Part shown: one piece after another, positions 1 through 9,912 of the stretch | Numbering within the stretch: the stretch's first letter is position 1 | How the letters are laid out: every line of letters begins with the position of its first letter | Assembly: GCA_963678315.1 (NCBI GenBank) | Contig: OY782781.1 | Span: forward strand, 2,464,001 to 2,528,000 | Length of the DNA: 64,000 bases | Source: Candidatus Cloacimonadales bacterium | GTDB taxonomy: Bacteria; Cloacimonadota; Cloacimonadia; Cloacimonadales; JAFGVF01 | Reading direction: 5' to 3' | Position numbers and translations under genes: made by a program | Notes under the pieces: model-generated | What the model was told of the DNA's origin: nothing | The model's input: the letters and a program-made list of their open reading frames with translations, nothing else | The model's database searches: none

Positions 1-547
1 TTATACTCTCGTTATTAGGATCAATAGCAGTAAGAGGAATAGATATAATTTCACCTTCCTGAACTGTAAATGTAGTATCTACTAGCAGAGTTGGAGAGTG
101 ATTTTCTATTATAATCTCGCTATTAACAAGTGATAAGCCAGCACTGGATTCATTAACAGAAACATTATCAAATGAAACAGCTGTAGATGAAGTCTCGCTT
201 AGCAAAGCAAAATCTAGTTCTAGCAAGAGATCAGTAATATTGACGTTTGAAATGCCATATATACTTATCAAGATATGGCCATCATCAGTAATATTATATT
301 CTGGTCTTTCCCAATTATTCTCTACAATAGAAGAAAATCTTACTCCATCGCAAAGCAAATAGTTCGTATCATATTCTATATTAATATGCACTGAATAAGC
401 ATCTTCTAGATTACTAACATTTAGAGGAACAGCAACTGTATCAGTTACATTCCCTTGGGCATTGCCGAGACTAAATATAGTCTCAGCAAAGCCTAAAGTA
501 GTAAAGATTAAGAATATACTTATCCAGATAATTCTAGATAATTTCAT
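1..547 (-). CDS. Secreted cohesin-like/Ig-domain protein, 5' part only (runs off the window edge)
   Basis: Not in the ORF track; translated by hand from ATG at 547: MKLSRIIWISIFLIFTTLGFAETIFSLGNAQGNVTDTVAVPLNVSNLEDAYSVHINIEYDTNYL... Open to position 1. Signal peptide, cohesin-like 'VxVPLxV...I.YD..L' pattern, then cadherin/Ig-like 'NHSPTL...VQEGE..IPLTAIDPN'. Confidence 0.75.
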   Translation of the reverse strand, partial: MKLSRIIWISIFLIFTTLGFAETIFSLGNAQGNVTDTVAVPLNVSNLEDAYSVHINIEYDTNYLLCDGVRFSSIVENNWERPEYNITDDGHILISIYGISNVNITDLLLELDFALLSETSSTAVSFDNVSVNESSAGLSLVNSEIIIENHSPTLLVDTTFTVQEGEIISIPLTAIDPNNESI

Positions 548-558
548 AATTATACCTG

Positions 559-3500
559 TTATTTTAGGAGAACCATTTTCTTAAGTTTAGAAGATCCATT
601 TTCAGTTGTGACTTTGTAGTAATAAATACCTGAAGCAAAACCTTCAGCATTCCATGTAACTTGGTTTCTTCCTGCTTGGAATTCTCTATCTGCTATTTGT
701 GTGACTTTTTGACCTTTCACATTATACACAGTAACTTCAACATTAGCACTTTCTTTAAGGTTAAATATAATGTTTGTTTCAGGGTTAAAAGGATTTGGAT
801 AGTTTTGTGATACACTAAAGCTAGTAACAGGGTTAATATCATCTGCATTAGCTGTAACTGCTACATTAGCAAATTCTTCATCAAATAACAGACTAGAGAT
901 ACGTAAATCATTAACATTGATAGCTTCATTAATTTCAATTGAGATTGTGTATATTGCTTCATTAGATGCTACTTGTTGAGTTCCGAAAGAGCTAAATAAA
1001 AGAGAACCTTCTCTAGAGTTATCATTATGAGCAAAGTCTTCAACTAAAGCAGATCTATTGATTCCAAGAATATCTATCTTTGATGAATTATAAGCTATAT
1101 TACCATATAAAGAGCTAAACTCATTTGAAGCATAAACAGGAATCTCAACAATACCAGTAGTTCCATTCAATAGTGAAGAAATATCAACTACCATCTCTTC
1201 AGTATTTCTAGCTACAGGTGTCCAGTTTTTAGAAGGGTCACCAACTACTAAAGCTGAGAAGTCTTTTGTTGCATTATCAATACCTAAAGTGAAGTTATAA
1301 GTGTTTGGATTAATTAACCAATCACCAGCTTCAAATGAATCAATTAATTGCACTGAGTATTGAGCTATCAAAGAAGCATCATAGATAGTAGCATTTCCAT
1401 CATTGTTAACATCACCAGCAGTTTGTTGAAGTGAAGTAAATGTTTCTAGACCTATAGCAAATCTAGCAACTAGAGATGCATCATAAGGAGTAATAGTTAA
1501 TTCACCAATTTCAGCATCTATAGAACTTTCTAAACTGTAATCACCAGCAAACTGATTCTCAAATAGATATTCACCATTAACATCTGCAGTGAATAAACCG
1601 TCATTATCGCCTGAAAGATTAATTATTGCACCTTCTATTGGTGTAGCTTCATCATTATAATAGCTTACTGAGCCAGATATGTTGTATTGATTCTTTACTG
1701 TGATTAAACCATTGCTAGTTGTCACACTTTGACTTCCATCATTAACAATGAATTCTGTGAATGTTAGTGGTGTAGTTGCAAAATTACTAGCACCTTCTGC
1801 AACTTGTAAAGTTACATAAACTAAGTCACCAGGAACTGAGAATGCTTCAGAAGCGAAACCATTAACAGCTATTTCTCCTGGAACAGTTGTGTTAGAGAAG
1901 ATTGACCAGTTTTCACTTAAAGAAGCAATATTATCAATAGAGTTTACTGTAATTAAATTTGGGTCATAAGTTAATGTAAATTGGAATGCTGTTATATCAT
2001 AATGAGAATAAGCATTCAATAATTGTACAGGAACCACTATCTCTGAATTAGAAGCTACTTGTAATTGATCAGAAACATTTCCAGTTAATGGACCTACTTG
2101 AATAATGTAATCAGTTTCATCAGTTACTGTTGTATCTGATCCTGCATCATAGATTTCAGCAATAATCTTATATAAACCATATTCTACAGTTGATACGTTC
2201 CAATTAAATGAATCGCTATTGTTATCTTCAGATATATTCTCTGTAATAAGAATTCTTTCATCAGAACCGATAAGTTGATAATATAAACTAACTGTAGCAT
2301 CATTATCCAAGTCCAAGTCAGACCAAGTAATATTTACAGTAGTTGGATTTAAAGTTAGTTCACTTGGTGCTTCTATCGCTATTTCAGGTTCAAAGTTAGA
2401 TAATGAAGATGTTGCTTCATCAATGTTAGCTACTGCTAAATTAGCGTAATTAGTGAAACCGTCATTTGTTTGATATACCATAGCATCAACGCCATTAACA
2501 GAGCCCCACCAGTTGTGTTCTAGATCTGCAATCGCTGAAGCGTTTGTATTAGTAATTTGATATCCTTCGATTGGTATTTCATATTCTATGGCAGATAATC
2601 TACCCCAGTAACTATATACTGAGTATTGTGATAAACTAACTCTTAGTTGATTAGAAGTTCCTGGATTTGATAAAGTTACCCATGAATCAAAGCTAGTATC
2701 GTAAGATGTATTTGGTCTTTGGTATGAGTAAATTGTAGTTCCAGAACCATTATGGACATAGAAGTAATAATCATCTGAACTAGAGTTGTGATCAGCATAA
2801 CCACTTACATGTACAGATGTTATGTAATTTAATGGATATCTAGTTGTGTAGAAACTTGAGTTACCTGTTGAAGACAAATATAATTGACTAGATGGTATAG
2901 TTTCACTATCCTCGAAAGTAACTGAGCCAATATTATTGTTATAGATATTATTATAATTTGCAGTAACATTAGCTTCTGTAGAAATCATTAAAGCTGAACC
3001 AATATTATTTATAATAGTAGAATAGAGTATCTCCAAATTAGCTTGATTAGTAGCATTGCAACCAAAAACACCATTCTCAGAAATCTCTGAATAGCTAAAT
3101 GTAACATCAGAAGTTGAGTTATTTACAGATATACCATGACTATCGTTATTGGCTATAACTGCATTTTCAATATCAACAATACCACTTTCAACTCTGAAGC
3201 CAATTCCACCATTAGAAATTGATCTCACATCATTTAAGTCAAAAGAATCTGTATCATGAATATAGAAACCTTCATCTTCACATTGAGCAACAGTTACATT
3301 ATTACCGGTAACAGTTGTTCCATCAAAAACCTTAACACCATAAGTTCCACAATCAACGATATTAGCATAGTTAATGCTTACAAGTCCAGATTCAATGTTC
3401 ATACCGTAACCTAAACAATCACTAATTAACAAATTGTTCAATGAAGTTGATTCAATTGAATCTTCTATTCTCATACCATAACTTTTGCTGTGTTCAATTT

Positions 3501-3930
3501 TACAGTTATTGAGAGTTACATTTCTACCATTGATAGAAAAGCCTTTGTCAGCATATCTAATATAAGTGTGGTTTAGATTAGATATTGTTCCTGCAGAAGG
3601 AGCATTCAATGTAATTCCTGCCCAGTCCCCGTGAGCTGGAACTTCTTGGTTAGAAGTAAAGATAACAGGATTAGCACTTGTTCCTTGTGAAATTACTCTT
3701 CCGTTTATGTAGAAATTGATATCACCAATTCCATTATTATCTTGATCTATCTTAGGAATGGATATTGTCACACCAGGCATTATTGTTAAAGTAACACCTT
3801 CATCTACCCAAGTATCCCCAGTTAGTGTAAAATCTTCACTCCAAGTAATATTCTCAGAGATATGACCTGAAAATGCTGCTAGGATTGTAGTTAAGCAAAG
3901 CAATAAAACAACAAATGTACTTTTTTTCAT
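559..3930 (-). CDS. Large secreted protein: right-handed beta-helix repeats, cohesin-like and dockerin-like modules, C-terminal FlgD-Ig/T9SS-type sorting domain
   Basis: Likely start ATG at 3930 (MKKST...) with GGGAG RBS. Signal peptide, PbH1-like repeats, cohesin-like 'IVVPVQL...AFQFTLTYDPNLI', dockerin-like 'GDVNNDGNATIYDASLIAQY', C-terminal 'QNYPNPFNPET...YNVKGQ...SGIYYY'. Confidence 0.8.
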   Translation of the reverse strand: MKKSTFVVLLLCLTTILAAFSGHISENITWSEDFTLTGDTWVDEGVTLTIMPGVTISIPKIDQDNNGIGDINFYINGRVISQGTSANPVIFTSNQEVPAHGDWAGITLNAPSAGTISNLNHTYIRYADKGFSINGRNVTLNNCKIEHSKSYGMRIEDSIESTSLNNLLISDCLGYGMNIESGLVSINYANIVDCGTYGVKVFDGTTVTGNNVTVAQCEDEGFYIHDTDSFDLNDVRSISNGGIGFRVESGIVDIENAVIANNDSHGISVNNSTSDVTFSYSEISENGVFGCNATNQANLEILYSTIINNIGSALMISTEANVTANYNNIYNNNIGSVTFEDSETIPSSQLYLSSTGNSSFYTTRYPLNYITSVHVSGYADHNSSSDDYYFYVHNGSGTTIYSYQRPNTSYDTSFDSWVTLSNPGTSNQLRVSLSQYSVYSYWGRLSAIEYEIPIEGYQITNTNASAIADLEHNWWGSVNGVDAMVYQTNDGFTNYANLAVANIDEATSSLSNFEPEIAIEAPSELTLNPTTVNITWSDLDLDNDATVSLYYQLIGSDERILITENISEDNNSDSFNWNVSTVEYGLYKIIAEIYDAGSDTTVTDETDYIIQVGPLTGNVSDQLQVASNSEIVVPVQLLNAYSHYDITAFQFTLTYDPNLITVNSIDNIASLSENWSIFSNTTVPGEIAVNGFASEAFSVPGDLVYVTLQVAEGASNFATTPLTFTEFIVNDGSQSVTTSNGLITVKNQYNISGSVSYYNDEATPIEGAIINLSGDNDGLFTADVNGEYLFENQFAGDYSLESSIDAEIGELTITPYDASLVARFAIGLETFTSLQQTAGDVNNDGNATIYDASLIAQYSVQLIDSFEAGDWLINPNTYNFTLGIDNATKDFSALVVGDPSKNWTPVARNTEEMVVDISSLLNGTTGIVEIPVYASNEFSSLYGNIAYNSSKIDILGINRSALVEDFAHNDNSREGSLLFSSFGTQQVASNEAIYTISIEINEAINVNDLRISSLLFDEEFANVAVTANADDINPVTSFSVSQNYPNPFNPETNIIFNLKESANVEVTVYNVKGQKVTQIADREFQAGRNQVTWNAEGFASGIYYYKVTTENGSSKLKKMVLLK

Positions 3931-4026
3931 AAATTCTCCCAATTTAATTTATTATTTGTTTGACTATTATTTTCTAATCACAAATTTTAAGTTAAGAAAT
4001 AAATTTGTCAATGGTTAAATATTATT

Positions 4027-4767
4027 ATGAATCTAATTACTATGGAGATATGTGTTGATAGCATTAAATCAGCCCTCAATGCACAAAAAGGTGGAGCTGA
4101 TAGAATAGAACTATGTAGTAACCTAGCTGTAGGAGGAACAAGCCCTTCTTACGCTTTAATCAAGCAATGTAAAGATCTCGTCACTATCCCAACAAATGTT
4201 CTAATAAGGCCTAGAGGTGGAGATTTCACTTACAGTGATCTTGAAAAAGCTCAAATACTAGAAGATATCATCATGTGTAAGAATATTGGAGTCAATGGGA
4301 TTGTTATCGGTGCTTTAGATGATAACGGACGTTTGGATAAAGACTTTATCTGGAAATGTAAGTCAGTAGCAAAAGATTTACAGATTACATTTCATCGAGC
4401 TATTGATGTTTGCATTAATCCTCTTGATTGCTTAAATGATCTATATGAAATCGGGATACAGAGAGTTCTAACATCTGGCCAAGCTAGTAAAGCTTTAGAT
4501 GGCTTAGACAAGCTTAAACTCTTTGTTGAAGAATCCAGCAATAGGATTTCAATTATGGCTGGTTCTGGTATACGTTCACATAATATTAAACAAATAATTG
4601 AAGCTACAGGAGTAAAAGAAATTCATGCTACAGCTTTTGGGAAAGCTACTCTTAATAGAAGCTATATGAACAGAGTTCCAATGGGACATGAAAATACTTC
4701 CAATACTTACCAGGAAACATCTATTTCAGTTGTTAAAGATCTTGTTAAGGAGATTAATAGTCTATAG
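4027..4767 (+). CDS. cutC: CutC family protein
   Basis: Motifs EICVDS, GADRIELC, GGTSPS, IRPRGGDF, TFHRAID, RVLTSG. Confidence 0.93.
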   Translation: MNLITMEICVDSIKSALNAQKGGADRIELCSNLAVGGTSPSYALIKQCKDLVTIPTNVLIRPRGGDFTYSDLEKAQILEDIIMCKNIGVNGIVIGALDDNGRLDKDFIWKCKSVAKDLQITFHRAIDVCINPLDCLNDLYEIGIQRVLTSGQASKALDGLDKLKLFVEESSNRISIMAGSGIRSHNIKQIIEATGVKEIHATAFGKATLNRSYMNRVPMGHENTSNTYQETSISVVKDLVKEINSL

Positions 4768-4803
4768 ATAAGTATTTGTTATCAAGAATTTATATTGCTA
4801 TTA

Positions 4804-5613
4804 TTAATCTTGTAATAGAAGAGAGTAGATATAGTTCTTTTTTACATCTAAAGACTTTGATAGTTCTTTAGCTATTCTACTATTACTCATTCCCTCTTTT
4901 TGAAGTTTCATTGCTTGTTCTATTATATATGCATCGGATATTTCTTCTTCTCTTTTTCCTTCAATTACAAGAACAAATTCTCCTTTTAGCTTAATCTCAT
5001 CAAAATTATTCAAGTAATATGAGAGTGTATTTCTATAGACACTTTGATGTAATTTGCTAATTTCTCTAACTATAGCTATATTCCTATCTCCAAGTATGTT
5101 ATATATCTCATTTAAAGTTTTTTCCAATGCGTGTGGAGATGCATAAAAGACTAATGTTTCTTTTAATTCTTTGCAATAATTTAGTAAAGAATCTTTGTCT
5201 TTATTTTTATCAGGTAAGAATCCTATAAATGTAAAGGCATTAGTATCTAGACCAGAAATAACTAAAGCTGGAATTACCGCAGTAGCTCCTGGCAAGACAT
5301 CAATTTTAATCTTGTTTGAAATAGCTTCTTTAATAATATAGGAGCTTGGATCAGATATACCAGGCGATCCTGCATCTGAGATAACAGCTATATTTTTGCC
5401 TTCTTTCAGTTTACTTACTAGCTCTACACTACGTTTGGATTCATTAAACTTATGATAAGAGATTGTCGGTGTTTTTATATCGAAATATGATAACAACTTA
5501 CCAGAAGTTCTAGTGTCTTCACAAGCAATTAGATCAACTTCTTTTAATACTTCCAGAGCTCTAAGAGTGATATCTTTTAAATTTCCTATAGGTGTTGGAA
5601 CAATATACAGCAT
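4804..5613 (-). CDS. rsmI: 16S rRNA (cytidine1402-2'-O)-methyltransferase
   Basis: LYIVPTPIGNLKDITLRA, ACEDTR, SDAGSPGISDP, REISKLH, KGEFV. Confidence 0.95.
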   Translation of the reverse strand: MLYIVPTPIGNLKDITLRALEVLKEVDLIACEDTRTSGKLLSYFDIKTPTISYHKFNESKRSVELVSKLKEGKNIAVISDAGSPGISDPSSYIIKEAISNKIKIDVLPGATAVIPALVISGLDTNAFTFIGFLPDKNKDKDSLLNYCKELKETLVFYASPHALEKTLNEIYNILGDRNIAIVREISKLHQSVYRNTLSYYLNNFDEIKLKGEFVLVIEGKREEEISDAYIIEQAMKLQKEGMSNSRIAKELSKSLDVKKNYIYSLLLQD

Positions 5614-5650
5614 GCAGTTTCCTTTTATAAAATATTCATTTCATAATTAG

Positions 5651-5691
5651 TAATAAGCTGAAACATCCGTCAAGGACATTTCAGCTTATTA
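5651..5691 (-). terminator. Hairpin downstream of kbl, probable terminator
   Basis: TAATAAGCTGAAA...TTTCAGCTTATTA inverted repeat. Confidence 0.55.
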
Positions 5692-5723
5692 TATTTTAAA
5701 TATAAGTTAAAAACATCTTCTAA

Positions 5724-6911
5724 TTAGATTAATTCCATCTCTTTACCAATTTCGATGAATGCATTGATAGCTTTGTCAAGCATCTCTTTAGTATGAGCTG
5801 CTGATAATTGAACTCTAATTCTAGCTTTGCCTTTTGGAACAACTGGATATACGAATCCAATAACATAAATTCCTTTAGCAAGAAGTCTGTTAGCAAATTC
5901 TACTGCTTTTGGAGCATCATAAATCATAACAGGTACGATAGCTGTATCACCTTTAACTATATCAAAGCCAGCTTTAATCATTTCAGCTCTAAAATAGTTT
6001 GCATTATCCCATGTCTTTTCAATAATTGAAGGATCGTTTTGGATTAACTCAAGAACTTTCATTGTTCCACCAACAACTGATGGAGCAACTGTGTTTGAGA
6101 ATAAATAAGGTCTAGAACGCTGTCTAAGAACTTCAATAATCTCTTTTCTACCAGAAGTACAACCACCATTTGCACCGCCAAGAGCTTTACCGAATGTTGT
6201 TGTGATAATATCAACTCTATCTTGAACACCACAAGCTACGTGAGTTCCTTTACCACCTTTGCCAATATAGCCAGTAGCATGAGAGTCATCAACCATAACT
6301 AATGCATCATATTTGTCAGCTAAATCACATATTTCTTTTAATTTAGCAATATCTCCATCCATAGAGAAAACACCATCAGTACAAATTAGTCTATATTTAG
6401 CATCTTGTGCATCTTGTAATTGTTTTTCAAGATCAGCCATATCAGAGTGTTTGTATCTATATCTTTGAGCTTTACAAAGTCTAACACCATCAATAATAGA
6501 AGCATGGTTTAGTTCATCAGAAATGATTGCACCTTCTCCATTTAATAGAGGTTCAAAAACACCACCATTAGCATCAAATGCAGCAACATAAAGAATTGTA
6601 TCTTCAGTACCTAAGAATTCAGAAACTTTCTTTTCAAGTTCTTTATGAATATCTTGAGTACCACAAATGAATCTAACAGAAGAGAGACCATAGCCTCTAT
6701 CGTCCATGATATCTTGTGCAGCTTTTACAACTTCTGGATGGTTAGCTAAGCCAAGATAATTGTTAGCACAAAAGTTCAATACTTCTGAACCATCTTGAAG
6801 TTTAATATTGCCACCTTGTGGACTTGCAATAATTCTTTCATCTTTATAAAGACCTTGTTCTTTCAACTCTGTAAATAATTGTTGAAGATCTGTTTTCATT
6901 TGCTTAAACAT
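5724..6911 (-). CDS. kbl: Glycine C-acetyltransferase (2-amino-3-ketobutyrate CoA ligase)
   Basis: [60 protein letters not shown]. Confidence 0.95.
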   Translation of the reverse strand: MFKQMKTDLQQLFTELKEQGLYKDERIIASPQGGNIKLQDGSEVLNFCANNYLGLANHPEVVKAAQDIMDDRGYGLSSVRFICGTQDIHKELEKKVSEFLGTEDTILYVAAFDANGGVFEPLLNGEGAIISDELNHASIIDGVRLCKAQRYRYKHSDMADLEKQLQDAQDAKYRLICTDGVFSMDGDIAKLKEICDLADKYDALVMVDDSHATGYIGKGGKGTHVACGVQDRVDIITTTFGKALGGANGGCTSGRKEIIEVLRQRSRPYLFSNTVAPSVVGGTMKVLELIQNDPSIIEKTWDNANYFRAEMIKAGFDIVKGDTAIVPVMIYDAPKAVEFANRLLAKGIYVIGFVYPVVPKGKARIRVQLSAAHTKEMLDKAINAFIEIGKEMELI

Positions 6912-6924
6912 TAGGGTTCCTCCA

Positions 6925-7635
6925 CTATTTTTTATTTATTATATTTTTCATTGTTTTTACTGATTCTGCTAATCCACTAAATACAGCCCTTGAAATAATT
7001 GAATGTCCAATATTGTATTCAGTAAATATCTCTAGTTCAAGTAATGGATATATGTTTTTGTAATTAATCCCATGACCTGCTACAACTCTCATTCCAGAAG
7101 ACTTAATCAATTTTGCGCCCTTCATTAATCTTTTCAATTCTTCTTCATGTCTATCTTCTAAGAATAGTTGGCAGTATCTACCAGTATGAAGTTCAACAGC
7201 ATCAGCCCCACATTTAGCAGCTAATTTGATTTGTTCTGGATCAGGTTCTATAAAAAGGCTAACTTCAATACCTGCTTCTTTTAATGCTTGAACTGATTCT
7301 TTAACTTCGCTTGTGATAACTAGTCCACCCTCAGTTGTGATTTCTTGTCTTTTTTCAGGAACTAAAGTCACTGTATCAGGTAATAAGTTCTTAGCGATAG
7401 TAACCATTTCAGGAATTGGTGCCATCTCTAAGTTAAGTTTAGTTTGAATTGTTTTTCTTAAGATTTGAACATCTCTTTCTTGAATATGTCTTCTATCTTC
7501 TCTTAAATGAACTGTTATCTGATCAGCTCCATTTTGCTCTGCTATAAAGGCACCGTAGATTGGGTCAGGTTCTACACCCATTCGTGCTTGCCTAATTGTT
7601 GCAATATGATCAATATTTACTCCTAAAGCAATCAT
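6925..7635 (-). CDS. pdxJ: Pyridoxine 5'-phosphate synthase
   Basis: [50 protein letters not shown]. Confidence 0.96.
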   Translation of the reverse strand: MIALGVNIDHIATIRQARMGVEPDPIYGAFIAEQNGADQITVHLREDRRHIQERDVQILRKTIQTKLNLEMAPIPEMVTIAKNLLPDTVTLVPEKRQEITTEGGLVITSEVKESVQALKEAGIEVSLFIEPDPEQIKLAAKCGADAVELHTGRYCQLFLEDRHEEELKRLMKGAKLIKSSGMRVVAGHGINYKNIYPLLELEIFTEYNIGHSIISRAVFSGLAESVKTMKNIINKK

Positions 7636-8028
7636 AACAGTAACTCCTAATTTTATTAATATTTATTAGATAAATTTGTAGCGATAACTTGGCAAGTAAA
7701 AAAATACTTTTTTTTCTCTGCCTAATCAGTGTAATCAGTATTCTATTCATTTGAACAGTTCTATAAATCTATATCGTCCCTTTAAAACAATATATCAAAT
7801 AAGATAACTATCCACAAATTACACTAATTACTCTAATTAAATCATTTTTGCCACAGATAACACAAATCTAAACCTTAATCAATTAAACATCTAAACTCGT
7901 AAACATCATATCTGTATAATCTGCCTTTTCTGTGCTCTATTTTATTTGAAAGACCAGCTATCCTGCAGTAGCCGGACTAAAAGCAAAGCGTTCCCAGTTA
8001 TTATTCATTATCATTTTCTATTTAAGAA

Positions 8029-8123
8029 TTATGTCGTCCCTTCAGGACTCAATTCATTTATGACATTAAACATGGGGTACAAGACCCCATGCTAATACAT
8101 GACGTCCCTTGGGGACTAAATAC
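8029..8123. repeat. REP-like composite palindromic element, family A
   Basis: TTATGTCGTCCCTTCAGGACTC...CATGGGGTACAAGACCCCATG...GACGTCCCTTGGGGACTAAATAC; an inverted copy lies at 61503-61647. Confidence 0.8.
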
Positions 8124-8159
8124 TGTCCTAACTCCTCACTTCTAACTCCACACATACGC

Positions 8160-8209
8160 CCCTCTTTGAAAAAATGGACTTTTTTCAAGGAGACAAGTAA
8201 GGATGGAGT
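8160..8209. repeat. Palindromic repeat family B (CTCCTTGAAAAA...TTTTTCAAGGAG)
   Basis: Related copies at 22435-22483 and 43174-43231; the flank AAGTAAGGATGGAGT is shared in inverted orientation with the 43.2 kb copy. Confidence 0.8.
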
Positions 8210-8259
8210 GACCTTTTAAAAGTCTTTAAATAAAGCTTATTATTATCAGGATTAAAAAA

Positions 8260-8290
8260 TAAAAGGGAAAATCTAAGAATTTCCCTTTTA
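8260..8290 (-). terminator. Rho-independent terminator after the antiporter operon
   Basis: TAAAAGGGAAA...TTTCCCTTTTA hairpin followed by a T-rich tract on the minus strand. Confidence 0.7.
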
Positions 8291-8331
8291 TATAAATACT
8301 TGTATTATTTTCATAAATTATGATAATAAGA

Positions 8332-9537
8332 TTAGACCTTCTTAATCTCTCCAGCTCGAGATAAACCATACTTAGCTAAGGTAGGGCCAACCAACATAAT
8401 AATGAATGTTGTAGCTACCATTACACTTACTAACTGATTAGCATCTTCTACACAATGGGGGTAATTTGCATTAACAAGATAGTGAGATGTTGCTAAAGTC
8501 AATCCTATAGCAACACCAGCCTGTGAAAGAAGTGTAAAACCTAAGAATTTAGTGGTAGCCTTAGGAGCTTTTGAAATTTTGCAACCCATAAAAGCTCCAC
8601 CCCATTTCCCAAATGATCTGAAAATGATGTATATTAAAATTAATATCCAGTTATTATAAATCATGTGAAAATCCAGTTTAGTACCAATAAGAACAAAGAA
8701 AAGAACGTAAACAGGAGGAGACCAAGAACTAAGAACACTATTCAATTTTCTGGAAATTAAAGAGCTTCTATTTACGATAATGATACCAACACACATGTTT
8801 AGAAGAATTGGAGAAATCTCTAGCATTTCAGCGATTCCACAGTGAACAAATAGCATTCCCAATGAGAAAAGAAGCATAATTATTGTATCGTGAACTTTTC
8901 TAGCTATCCAGGACATAAAGAAACCTGAAGCAGTACCAATAACTAAAGCAAGTAATATTTCTAGACCAGCTTTCAATAAGGCAGCACCAACCGTAATTTC
9001 ATGTGACCCTAGCAATATAATGGCAACTGGGATAGCAATAGAATATAATAATAAAGCGTAAATATCATCCAAGCCCATTACTGCATATAAAGTTTTGGTT
9101 AAATTACCTTTAGCTCTATATTGATTGATTACATCAGTAGTTCCAGCAGGGGCTGTAGCAGATGCTAAGGCACCATAAATAATTCCTAAAGAAATATTTC
9201 TTGTAACTAGCCAAGTAATTAAACCAACAACGATAAAGGTTAGTGTGGCTTCAAAAAAGACTATTGCAAAAATACCTGAACCAAGTTTCTTCAAATCTTT
9301 TATAGATAATTCTGCACCTACACCAAAGCCGATTAAGGATAATGTAATTGTATTAATGATGTTAAATGATGAATAATCAATATTCACATGGGCAAGATAT
9401 ATTGTTTGTCCAATGATGGCACCGGCTACAATATAGCCTAGAACCATTGGAGCTTTTATAAATGAAACAACTCTAGCTAGTAATATTGAGATTAGAATTG
9501 AGATTCCAACAAAACAAAGAACTAAATAATTATTCAT
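8332..9537 (-). CDS. Cation:proton antiporter (CPA2/Na_H_Exchanger family)
   Basis: About 12 hydrophobic segments; 'ASATAPAGT', 'GLDD', 'LLSQAGVAIGL' motifs. Confidence 0.88.
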   Translation of the reverse strand: MNNYLVLCFVGISILISILLARVVSFIKAPMVLGYIVAGAIIGQTIYLAHVNIDYSSFNIINTITLSLIGFGVGAELSIKDLKKLGSGIFAIVFFEATLTFIVVGLITWLVTRNISLGIIYGALASATAPAGTTDVINQYRAKGNLTKTLYAVMGLDDIYALLLYSIAIPVAIILLGSHEITVGAALLKAGLEILLALVIGTASGFFMSWIARKVHDTIIMLLFSLGMLFVHCGIAEMLEISPILLNMCVGIIIVNRSSLISRKLNSVLSSWSPPVYVLFFVLIGTKLDFHMIYNNWILILIYIIFRSFGKWGGAFMGCKISKAPKATTKFLGFTLLSQAGVAIGLTLATSHYLVNANYPHCVEDANQLVSVMVATTFIIMLVGPTLAKYGLSRAGEIKKV

Positions 9538-9541
9538 ATCG

Positions 9542-9859
9542 CTATCCGTATATCTTTTGAGTTGGTATCAATATAATTTTACCTAGCTCATCTCCAACAA
9601 TATCAATGCCAGCATGTTTCAACTCATCAAGAATAAACTCGATTTGTTCCTCATCAGCAAAACCCATTATTATCTTTCCATAATCTCTTTGTGCTCCATA
9701 GGTGTCTCTAAATGAAGCGAATAATGGATTATCAAAGATTAGTTTGTGCCCTGTTGCTTCACCAGAAAGAACAATTGTATCTTCAACTCCCGCTTCAGCA
9801 ATTGCCATAAGAACATCTGATATATACTTTTCGAAAAATAATTGAAAAATCATGTACAT
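9542..9859 (-). CDS. PII-like (GlnB-fold) small protein
   Basis: 105 aa; 'DVLMAIAEAGVEDTIVLSGEATG' and C-terminal 'GKIILIP' resemble PII-superfamily patterns; lies between two antiporters. Confidence 0.6.
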   Translation of the reverse strand: MYMIFQLFFEKYISDVLMAIAEAGVEDTIVLSGEATGHKLIFDNPLFASFRDTYGAQRDYGKIIMGFADEEQIEFILDELKHAGIDIVGDELGKIILIPTQKIYG

Positions 9860-9912
9860 AACAAACTCCTTTATTTATAAATTTTTTATCTATCTTTTCT
9901 TTAAAAACCAAA

